A stretch of DNA of 64,000 nt from Phoronis australis (lineage: Eukaryota; Animalia; Phoronida): assembly GCA_002633005.1 (NCBI GenBank), contig NMRA01000099.1, positions 319,086 to 383,085 of the forward strand, written 5' to 3'. Under the pieces are notes generated by a model. It worked only from the letters and a program-made list of their open reading frames with translations, was not told the origin of the DNA and made no database searches. The number at the start of each line of letters is the position of its first letter. The first letter of the stretch is position 1. Position numbers and translations under genes: made by a program. Of the stretch, positions 1 through 11,900 are shown piece by piece.

Positions 1-533
1 ATAGCTGGCTACAGGCAAAGAATATGGGGTTTAGGGAACATCGACCTCGGGAAACATCGGTACAGGAAAACATCAATTTTGGGTTACTATATCGGTTCCG
101 TAACGCATCTGGGGTTTTATAACTGCCGGGAATCTTTGAGTTTATTTTCAAATAAACCTCTGGCGCCTGGGTGATTATCAGAGTTAAGCCGGTATACTCT
201 TTCATTTAGGGCTCTGTCGCTGTTCTCTTTTGATGTACAGCTCTGAAGTGGTGAGCACGCGGGAGTTCACGCACTTAAATCGAGTAGGCCTACACTTTAC
301 GTTAGCAACAACGTGTGAAAGACAAATGCAATCCCGTCATTATTGCCAACACGAAAAACGGATTTGGTCTTTTTGGCATTTGAAGACTATTTTAAATACG
401 ACAAATTTGTTAAGAATCGATGGCACAAAATATAAAACATGTAATAAGCATTACAAAAAGAAGTAGGTTTTGCGTGCAAACGCTGTGGACCATAAACAAG
501 TAGGTCTCTTAGTATGAGATTAGTAGTTAAATC

Positions 534-600
534 GTGGTGGTGTAGTGGCAACGCAAGCGCGCACTAATCGCCAGGTCGTGAGTTCGAGTCTTTACTACTT
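534..600 (+). mobile_element. tRNA-derived SINE head or tRNA pseudogene
   Basis: A-box-like TGGTGTAGTGG and B-box-like GAGTTCGAGTC at tRNA-like spacing; no complete cloverleaf. Confidence 0.45.
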
Positions 601-659
601 GCAGTTTTTCCTGTTTGACACGTTCTCCTTTTTTTGCCTTTTTTCGTGAATAATACTTC

Positions 660-853
660 AGGAATCAAGGAAAATGCTTGATTTTTAGAGGTAAAAACAG
701 AAAAATTTCCCGGGCGGGAAGGGGGCGAACCCCCCTCCCGACCTCCCCCCATTCGGTGCTATGCGCGTCTACAATCGTGGTTCAGTTTACGCAAATTCTT
801 ACACCCGGACAAAATGTTGAGCCCCCCCTTGTGATATCCTAGATCCGCCACTG
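660..853. mobile_element. Terminal fragment of a hAT-like MITE
   Basis: Ends CCTAGATCCGCCACTG (CAGTGGCGGATCTAGG-type TIR) with GGGGG..CCCCC subterminal motifs; partner TIR not seen. Confidence 0.45.
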
Positions 854-2580
854 GGCGGTCTTATGCGATAAAGTGAAGATTGTCTGCCGGGACCGCGTGC
901 GGGCTAACAACGGGATCAACCAGTGCGGCCGCAGTGTAATATCAGGGATAATGTCGTGAATATTAAGTAGATGTAATAAGGACATCTTACGCGAAAAATA
1001 AACATATTTGTCCACCACATAGTTTGGTAAGCTGACCGTTTAAGATTTAGTAGAAACACCGCTGTTTTGTGACGTTTTATCATGTGTTATGCAGTGACCC
1101 GAAACTTTTTTCCGCGAATCCGGAAATTTCCAAAAGTGGCCGAAAATGTTAGCCAATGAAACGTGTCATAGATCGATTCCGCATATCCCATGTTCACGCG
1201 ACTTGCTAACAAGTCATCGGGAGGGCTGTTCTCGGTTAGTATTCTTTTGAACTTGGATTTGGCAACAACCAAATAACCGGGTCGGATTAACAAGAGTTGC
1301 TTTATATTTGCCAGGTATCTGCCAAGAAGTGTAAAAACTCAGCTCGCATTCGTTGGAAATTCCAGGTCGCACTTTGCGACTTGATACGAGCTGACAAAAA
1401 TCTCAGCTTGCATTTCCAAATTTCAGGTCGCAAATGCGACCTACAGCTCGTTATGTCGAGCCCTGATGAAGGAAATTAGATGCAACAAAAGATATTTTTT
1501 AAATTAAAATAATAAACATAATGATGCAAAATTTGCAGTGTGAGTGACAGAACATTATTCTTGATTTGCTGCAGGGAGACCTATAAAATTCTTTTCATTA
1601 TTTTAAGTTCTTATAATTATGATACATTATAAAAATTTTTTGAAAATCGGCCAAGATTATCTGGAAAGCCTGAAATACATACACACTTAATTCAACAAAA
1701 ATTTTAATTCCAACGCAATGGAAAAAAGACAAGACGAAAAAACCTGTGGCTCATACCCCAACTCTTAGCATGGAAAAAATGAAAGTAAAAAACAACATGC
1801 TTTAAACTATAGAACAGATCAATCACAATCCTAAGTTGGCCAAACTTTTCAGTTTATAACAGTACTCACAGGAGATAATTGTTCATAAGCCATGCTGGTG
1901 TAGAACAAACTATGTGACAAAGAAATAACTACAAGAGCACTCAAAATAGGTTAACAGAATTTGTAAACAATGACTTGGACCAATCAGATCATTCAGAACC
2001 TGCCACGTGACCACTTCTCTTTTGAACTGCAAAACTCGAGTCGGTCAAAACAGGACTTTTTTAAAAAATAAAACATGACAAATGTCAAAATGAATTGGAA
2101 TACATCAACGACAACTTAAAACACATTTGCAGTAACGAAAATAGCACTTTGTATCCCGTTTAGGCGGCACGTGGAAAATCGGTGGACTCGGGCCTAGCAG
2201 CCAACTTGGCAGCAACTGCCGGCACGGGCATGCACGTGGGATCAAACAAAAGAATTTCACACATCACTCACATCCCACGATTCCAATCCAATGAATTACC
2301 GATTACGGTTGAATTTCCTTTCAGAAAGCTTTTTTCTTTCTTGTGTTTCATCGTTTTCAGGTGGTTCTCCGCGATTCGGCCACACACGCCGTAATTGTCC
2401 CTCTGTCAACGTTTACAGAGCGCAAACCCAGACCTTTGTTGTTTGCGAACACATTGACCGTTTCTTTTATCCACTTTTTCCATGAAATATTCTGTCTACT
2501 CCAAGCTCCATGCATTTTTGGCCGCAGAATCGCATTATTTGTCAGCGCGATTAATACCATTTGTGGATGTCATTAATGAA

Positions 2581-2805
2581 CCACGCAATCCCAGGTGCCC
2601 TGGCAATTACGATTTTCGTTACTCCAATACATAAAGAGCAGTTTCCGCTTTTCGAGTCATTGGCAATGCCGCGGTTAGAAATCAGTTTACTGCGGGAATT
2701 TTATGGCAAATCAGATTTTTTTCTGCGGAAATAAAACAAAAATGCGTGGAGGGAATAAGAGAAAAAAGCGTAAATCCTCATTTCCACGGAAAATTCCAAG
2801 CCTTG
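2581..2805 (+). repeat. Interspersed repeat (right end of a DNA-element family), also at 49917-50149
   Basis: Colinear similarity: CATAAAGAGCA..TTCCGCTTTTCGAG ... GAAAATTCCAA(G/C)CC(T/C)TG. Left end not found. Confidence 0.65.
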
Positions 2806-2911
2806 CTAGAGAATAAATTTGTAAGTTTATTTGAAATGCGCCACAAAATTAGTCAATTTTGGAGATTAGACCCCGGGCTCTGATCGCAAACTAAAAGGTA
2901 CCAAAGCTCAC

Positions 2912-5900
2912 CATTTATCATACTTGTCCTTGGGGTTCTTGTCAAATTTAATTTTCCACTTGTCGTGTTTTTTGTTCACTTTCACTACAGTTGCGGCTAA
3001 CCTACAAAACCAGAAATTCAAGCATTAAAACAGCACTCGTGAAAAATGATAACTATAGTAAAAAGTCCTCAGTTTGGGAAAGAAATTTAATTCTAAAAAG
3101 TAACTTTTCATGAAATCAAAGAACAACATTTGTTAAACCTTTGAACACTGTGGTAAGCATCAAACAAATAAAAATATGGAAATTTTACGGCGCATTAATA
3201 TCTGACATAGGAATATACTTGCTTACTCAGACGCACAATTGTGACATTTCTAATTTCTGTAGATGAGTTCTAGTGAATGTGGAAATGGAACCCCAGTCTC
3301 ATGCATAAAAGGTACACAACTAAAAAGATGTTATGGTACATCTCACCAACTTTGGACACAAATGCAGAACACGTGAAATTTCATATTCTTATTTTCTTCA
3401 TAACCGACGCATAATGCCAAAATAATGCTGTACCGCAGTCCAAGTTGTGTACCATAGCTACCAACAGACAATATTTTGAAAACTTGTGATCATTCACAAT
3501 GTTAGACGCACTTGAAAAATGAAGCCATTTTGATAATTACTTTAGCCTGAATTTGGTGGCATTCTACCGTAACAATAATTCAATGAATGACATAATTTCC
3601 AATAATTGCTTCTTTGACATGAAATACTATTGACACAACACATGTGCAGCCATCTGTTGGGACCACGACTACTAGCCTGAGGCAAATTTGCATTTGGTCA
3701 ATAGTGCCACCTATTGTCAAATGCACTTACCAATCATTCTTGATCAATGCTTCTACTTTTGTACCAAGTTCATCGGCTGCAATGAGAGAATGAAAAGAAA
3801 GAATGCATCTCCCTTTATAAATAAGATCATTAAACAATGTCTTTATGTTACCACTGGCCATAATTACTAACCGTAATATCAACAAAATGGACTTTCCCCA
3901 GACACTTCAGTTTCTTGAAAAAGCAATATAGAAACACGATACAGACCTTTGGCGCAGCAATAACATGATCAGAATGGTAGTGTAACCATTTTGAATTGCT
4001 TCGAATACAATGCATGCAACGTGAGGAACATCTAACCAGCTGAGGCATTTTCTACTGAACATACACATGTGGCGAGAACAAAACTAGTCTTGAACTGAAC
4101 AGTAAACGCTTCTGTTGGAAATTAACCACGTTAAGAGCCTAGCACAACCAAAATTTCCTACTATAGAAACAAATAATGAAAAGACGAGTCCTGACGCGTA
4201 GACTACTTTTGAAGACCTATCACGCCAATGATCCTGGATAATGATAACTTTCATTACAAAATAAGACAATGTATAATAAATTACCTTCATCATCTTCAGT
4301 TGACTCCGGCTCAGCGTCATTTTCGTCAGCCGAAGTATCGACAGAGTCACGACTTGGTGTCTGCAATTGCGAAGCTTATATTCAGTTTGCCAATACAGCA
4401 TGGAATCAGACACGTTCTGGACCTATTCTGTTTTTAAAAAAATAGTAATTCAGATCTTCCAAGTTTGCAGATACTGATATGATTTTTTTGTTTTGAAAAA
4501 ATGTCGTTACATCGCTGTCACTTAAACCAGCCTGGTGTCTAAAAATAATTTTTGATTTAAACTACTTATTGTAATAAAACCAAATTCAATTTCTCTTTAC
4601 TCATTTTAAAAGTGATTTCTGGGCTGAACACCAATTTATTTCGTGAGACAATGCTTGACACATAAAAGAAGACCAGTCGTGTCAAACTATCTGATACAGC
4701 CTGGTCTCAAGCAGTAATAAAATATCAATTCTTCCCAAGACCAGAAATCAAGGAGCAAGGAACAATTTGAGACCAGTTGTCTTTCAACAGTACGTGGTCT
4801 AAAACAAAAGCTTTTCACATAAGGTCCATTTGTAGTACCTTTACGTTTAACACGCAACAATTCCTTGTTGAGATTTGAATGATCTTGCCAAACTTGCATG
4901 ATACTAAACTACACAAAACAACTTCAGCAGATGCAACAGAGGAATTCGATCAATGAATAATTTGCACTTTATTCACCTTAGCTTTGGACGCAGGTTGTGA
5001 GCTCGCCTTCTTCTTCGGTGGCGGAAGGTCTTCTTCCTTGTCATCTTCTTCATCACTGCTTTCTATTTTTCGTTTCGGCGCAGCCTTCGCCGCCTACGAT
5101 GCGATGAAAAGTTTTATTTGAAAAATAACATTAACACAATGCAACATGAACAGTAATTTCAGAGTTAATTAACATTTGTTAGAGATTGGTTGAATTGTAA
5201 ATTTTCCCCATCACCAACTGTTTACAATAAAGACAGATTTGTAGTCTAACAATGCTCAGTGAAATACAGTGGAATGAAACCGCAGAAGATGACGGCCTAA
5301 TTTAAAAGCTACTGTTACTAGGCAAATAATGCCAACAGAACAGTCATGATTGTAATATCAAAATATACGACGGAAAAGGTCTAACAATACAGCCTTTAAC
5401 AGCTAGAATTACCTTAGAACACCCAGGACCACTCAGAATACCCAGGACTACCTCTGCACACCCAGGACTACCTCTGCACACCCAGGACTGCCTCTGCACA
5501 CCTAGGACCACTCAGAATACCCAGGACTACCTCTGCACACCCAGGACCACTCAGAATACCCAGGACTACCTCTGCACACCCAGAACCACTCAGAATACCC
5601 AGGACTACCTCTGCACACCCACGACTGCCTCAGAATACCCAGGACTACCTCTGCACACCCAGGACTACCTCTGCACACCCACGACTGCCTCAGAATACCC
5701 AGTATTAAGAATTACAACATTCATGGTCCCTAGAATTCCTGTTCACACTCAACAACTAGAACCTGATGATTACAACATTGTTAGAACAGCACTGAGCCAT
5801 GAATACAATTAAACCACTGATATGACTATCAATTCAACATCAACAACATACACTTTTACATGTATGTGCCAGATACTCCATTTTTGCTAAGACCTGTGTC

Positions 5901-8900
5901 ATAAAATGTGCCTGGTTACGTCATTGTAATAACAAAAACCTAAGGTATTCATTGTACAACTCTACTCTGTATCTCTTAATAGTATTGTTGGATTGCCTTC
6001 CTCCCAGTACGCGCAAACATAATTTTTTACACTACCTTTTGATAACTCACCTTGGAAGCTGGTTTGGAAGATGAAGCCTGTGCCTTAACAGGCTTGGAGA
6101 TAGACTTGGGGCCAGCAGTAGGTCTCTTGACAGGGGGCGGGGGTAGAGCAGCAGGCTTCCTGATTGGTTTAGGAGCCGGAGACTTGCTGGAAGGCTTTGA
6201 CGAGATTGGTGAAGATTTAACTGGCTTGGGTGGAGCGGACTGTCATTGAACCAAACAGCAATTGAATAACGTGAAATATCACATCTATATGCTTCACGCA
6301 GTTTTGACAAAACAGTTGCTGAAACTCATTACATAGCCCGAGAATGAACATAGGGTGAACCAAAGTCTGGACAAAATGAGACCGCAACAGACAGAAAAAC
6401 AAGAGCAACGCGGAGCGTTAAAATGCACCCATGAATGCATCGCAAATGGTGTGCTTTTAGGGTTGTTCATTTATGTCATAAAAATGGCCACTGGATGGCT
6501 CAAAAACGTACAGTCCATACGAAAATGGGAACATGTCATTGCTTCTTTAATAGAAAGTTATTCACTAAAATTCATAGAAATCTGTCACGGAACTTCAGAG
6601 AAACAACTTCAGAGAAACAAACGAAAACAGAACAAAATGAAATTGCCATAGGGGGCACACTGTTCATTGGATAAGCCTGAAACTCGTCATTGCCGGTTGT
6701 TAGCTTCATATAAATACACTTACAAATTATTTAATAAAGATCCTGTAGTGGGTTTACGAAATACAGCTATGTGCGCAAAAAAAAACAAACTACCACTAGA
6801 AGGCACCACAGTAGTCAAAGTTGTCGTCAGCCGTCCTCTTCACACTAAGAACATATACGCCAATTTTCAAAACCATCCTAAGAATGATTTGGTTCATAGG
6901 GGGGTAGACGCCAAAAAAGAGACTCAAAAACAGCAAAAATGGCCACTAGGTGGCACAGAATACCTTGATTCCATCCGAAAACAGGAGGATACCGTCATCT
7001 CACAAATAGATGCCGGTAATCAAAATTTTATGAAAATCCGTTGAGGACCTTTGAAGATACTGACTGGTAAACGTAAAACTACAACCAAGGGGCACAACAG
7101 TAGTCATATCCATCTGAAAATCGTCATCATCCGTTGTCAACATCATATAAACACACCTATTAAATTTAGTAAAGATCCTGCTAACCGTTTAGGAGTCACA
7201 GCCATGGGCGTAAAAAAACGAAACTGCCCCTAGAAGGCACCACAGTAGTCGAAGTCATCAGAAAATCATGGTCACCCGTCCACTTCATAGTAAAAACATA
7301 CATGCCAATTTTCACAATTATCCTCAAAGCACTTTGGTTGATAGAAACAAAAAACAGACTCAAAAACAGTAAATATGGCCACTAGGTGGCGCAAACTAAG
7401 TCGAATCCATCTGAAAATGGAAAGATAGCTTCACCTCACTAACAGAATCCGGTACACCAAATTTTATGAAAATACGTTGAGGACCTTTGAAGATACAGAG
7501 ATAAGCATAAAAAAATAAAATTGCCACTATGTCAGATCTGTCCTAAAGTCGCCGTCGTCTGTAGTCATCATCATATAAATGCATTTACTAAATTTAGTTA
7601 AGATCCTGCAAAAGGTTTAGGAGATATAGCTATAGGTGCAAAAAAACAAAACTGCCACAAGAAGGAGCCACAGTAGTTGAAGTAATTGGAAAAGCATCGT
7701 CAACCGTCCTCTTCATAGTAAGAACATACATGCCAATTTTCACAAACATGCTTAGAGCGGTTTGGTTGATAGAAGGATGGATGCTAAAACAGACTCGAAA
7801 TGGCCACTAAGTGGTGCAAACTACGTCAAATCCATCCCAAAAACGGGAGGATACCGTCATCTCACTAATAGATGCCTATATTACTAAATTTTGTGAAAAT
7901 ATATTGAGGACCTTTGATAATAGAGAGGTAAAAAACTAAAATTGCCACTAGGGGGCACACTGGTAGTCGGATCCGTCCGAAAGTTGTTGCTGTCCCATCC
8001 ATCAAAGAACGCATGAGCAAAATTTCATGAACATACGTCAATCGGTTTTGGATAAAGCAGCGGACGCCAGACGGACAGAGATGACTGGATAATGCGTCCA
8101 CATATAACTATGTGGGCGCATAAAAACACAGGTCAAATGTTACAACGAGAGTGCTAATGAATCAGTAACAACCTAAACTACCAAGTGAAACAGGACTGAA
8201 TCCTTTTCAAGGTGACGTATAACAGCAGTGTAAATGCTTAACATGTCACAACTTTCATGGTTAGCAGCGACGTTGTCTGGCCTACTAACATAGTAATGAC
8301 AGTTCACACTACTTGTATTCTTTTCTTTTTCACTGAGTTTTCAACAGCACAATGTTACGCAAATTATTTTTCACAAAAAAGTGGACTCATAATTTTTCAA
8401 ATAGTTTTTGCCAAACATAATGTTCTTTTGAACACAAGACACGTCTTACAAAACGAAGGAAATTTATTATCTTGTGAGGTTTCTAAGAGTTTTACAATTT
8501 TCCAGATTTTTCAGACTCTCTGGTAACAAACGAGCAGAAACTGACACTGGAAACGGATGGCAGAGAAACAAAATAGAACTTGTGATGTTTGCATGTTAGA
8601 TACAGAAACAAGAGCAACGCAGAGCATTGAAATGCATCCACGAATGTATCGCAAATGGTGTGCTTTTATGGTTTTTTATTTGTATCATAAAAATGGCCAC
8701 TAGATGGCGTAAAAACGTACAATCCATCCAAAAATGGGAACATACCATATTTCATAAAACTCTGTCAAAGAAACAAAGGAAAACAGAACAAAATGAAATA
8801 GCCACTTATGGGCACAGCATCCGTTCGATCCGCCTGAAAGTCGTCGTCTGTTATCTTCATATCAATTCACTTACTACCCTGCAGTGGGTTTTGGAGATAC

Positions 8901-11900
8901 AGCTACAGGTGCAAAACAAAACATAACCACCACTAGGAGGCGCCACAGTGGTCAGTCACCATCATCAAACGCCCTCTTCACACTGAAAACATTTACGGCA
9001 ATTTTCAAAACCATCAATAGAATGATTTGGTTGATTGAGGGGTGGACGCCAAACGCAAGATTTGAAAACACCAAAAATGGCCAAAAGGTGGTGCAAAATA
9101 CCTTGATTGCATCCAAAAACAAGATGATAGCATCATCTCACCAATAGATGCTTATATTCAAAATTTTATGAAAATCTGTTGAGGACCTTTGAAGATATAC
9201 TGGTAAACGTAAAAAACTAAAATTGCCACTAGGAGGAGCCACAGTAGTCGAAGTTGTCGGAAAATAATCGTCAGCCGTCCTTTTTATAGTAAGGATATAC
9301 ATGCCAATTTTCACAATCATCCTTCGAGCGGTTTGGTTGAGAGGGGTGGATGCAAAAAACAGACTTGCGAACAGTAAAAATGACCACTAGGTGACGCAAA
9401 CCACATCAAATCAATCTGAAAACGGAAGGATAGCGTCATCTCACTAATAGGTGCCTATATACCAAATTTTATGAAAATCCGTTCAGGACTTTTGAAGTTT
9501 CAGAGTTAAACGTAAAAAACTAAAATTGCCATTAGGGGGCACACCGGTAGTCGGACCCGTCCGAAAGTTCGCTCATGCCGTCCAATCCCCGGAAGGAACA
9601 CATGTGCAATCTTTCATGAACATACGTCAAGGCGTTTTGGAGATAGAGCAGCGGACGCCCGACGGACGGACGGAGATGATGGCATAATGCGTCCACATAT
9701 AAATATGTAGGCGCATAAAAATCAATCCTCATAGCTTTGCTCTTTTCCGTTTACAAATTCACGAGTTATGACGAGGATCACTAGACGTCCCAGCTCTCAC
9801 TAAAGACGCGACCCACCTTGGCAACTGGAGGGGTTTTGACTCTAGTGTCTTCCCTATCCAGTACATCCTGCGCTTGTCTTGACGACGTCACAATTGTGAG
9901 CTTCTTCATCTCCTCTAATTTGGCCATCTTCCGCTTTATTTCCTAATAAAACACACCATCATAGGGGAAAGATGCAAGAGGAACTGTAGATTAGCCGTTA
10001 TTTTGGCAATAGTCCGATATAACGCACCCGCATTTTAAGAACCAGTTTGATGCCCGTTATTAAGTGGAGAAAACTGGTTCTCAAAATTCGGGAACGTTAT
10101 ATACGTTTTGCTCATTTCAACATACTTTGGCAAATGTAAGGCTTTCAATTCTAAAAATGCTGCTTAAGAGTTTCACTTCCTTTCCACTTACTTAGGGACC
10201 CTGGTTTTCTGTTTTAAATAACTGACAAACATAAAATCCTGTTTTTTTTTTGGTTTTGTAAATTTTGCATATTCCGTTGATTACTCCCAATGTGAGAAAT
10301 AACAAAAATGATCTTGGAATTGCCTTGCTTTTCTGATGAATCATGCCACAACAATGTTTGTCTCCATGTCTTTGTTTTAACTGATAACTTACTGCACACC
10401 ATGCTTATTGTTTCTCAAAAACGGAAAAAGAAAAGCTCCACCCTCAGACAAAACGATCAACTACTTGCTGCAAAAAGATTGTTGATCAATTTGTCAAATT
10501 ACATTTCCAATTTTAGTAAATTAAAAATGAAAAAAATATGGTATCTGTTACTGAAATATGTCAATTTCCTTCGAAGTCAGATTCTGTAAGTTATGGCAGT
10601 TTTTCATTAAAAAAACGTGCAAATTCCGCCCATAAACAGGACGAAAACTTCCTTAATGTGACAGATTTCAACATTCAGTCTAAATTAGAGATAACCTGCT
10701 TGGAAGGGGTCAAATTTAGGAATTGCTGGCCTGCTCCATGGATGTCCATTACATTTTTACGTTTGATTTGCATGTCCTTCAGATGTTCTTCATTGTGGTA
10801 AGGAATATTTGGAGATCGTTGGAGTAAGTGGGCTACTTTTTTCAGACAGCTAAACAGACGGAAATACATTTTATGCCACTACACAGTACTGCAATCGGAA
10901 TCAATTGTGAAGTGCAACACAACTGAAATTTTGAGATGTACCAACTTGTTGACAAAAAAATCTAAATTCTTAAACAAGATGAGCGAGCTAGGTGAGTGAA
11001 GGAGACTAAAAGATATACAAGGTCACCCATCCACGCTACACCTGAATCAAGTTTAACAAGAGAATTTTTCCTGGAAAAAATCACGAGAAGGCACAGGCAC
11101 CTCCCCTATAAAGTAAGTGAGTGCCCTGTAATAAACATCTTGTAAAAATCCAATAACCTGGAAAGTCTACGCCTCTCAAGTCACTGTGAACACATAATAG
11201 CATTTCCTCATTAACCATAATATGTTCTTGAACTATTACTTAATTGTCTCATACAACGAGACTTAAAGAGGCAAGCACGTATAGAACCAAGATAATAAAC
11301 ACACCCCAGAACAGTAATTGGCACAAGACAGTGTATGACGAAGACAACAAGAAGCCTGTATTTATACTAATGTATTTATACTAAGGTAACCCTTCACATT
11401 CACGCATATCACTAAGCCACATCCCTATAACAATCGATGCCTAAACACGCAGATATCACGCCATCTAGTGTTTAGGCAGGGAACTACTCGGGTATGTTTT
11501 CACATGCGTTACTGTAAATACCTCGGCTAGATCCTCCTCCCTTTGTAGTTTACTTTTTGTTTCTTTCTTCAGAGTGCCTTCTGGCACGTTCATCTTTTGT
11601 TCAGGCGCATTACACCTGCAAGGTGAACAAAACTTTATTCAAGGCAACAATGGGAATATTTAACTCCTGTGTCTCTACCTAATTACCAAAACCCCAAATG
11701 AAGGACGATGCAGTATGGTGAAAATCAGGAAACGGACAATTTATTTACAACAGTCGGTGCGTTCAGTGCAGAGAAAGTGGACCAGTGGACCAGTTATTTC
11801 ACATCTTGCACGTGCGTTTATTGTACAGCGAATATGTATATGTATGGTATCAGCCAAATAAAACCCTGTTCAAGATGAATTTGATACTTATAATATTGCA

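Noticed and set aside
534-600. Functional tRNA gene
   Set aside because: A and B boxes are present but the acceptor and anticodon stems do not pair; treated as a SINE head or pseudogene.
1-2911. Further MORC2 exons (candidates near 1869-1894 and an acceptor at 9-10)
   Set aside because: None completes the expected TG|G tryptophan codon with MORC2-like sequence; left unresolved.
6355-9732. Several 60-125 aa ORFs inside the HINE-like elements
   Set aside because: No Rep/helicase or transposase motifs, and frames are not preserved between homologous units.
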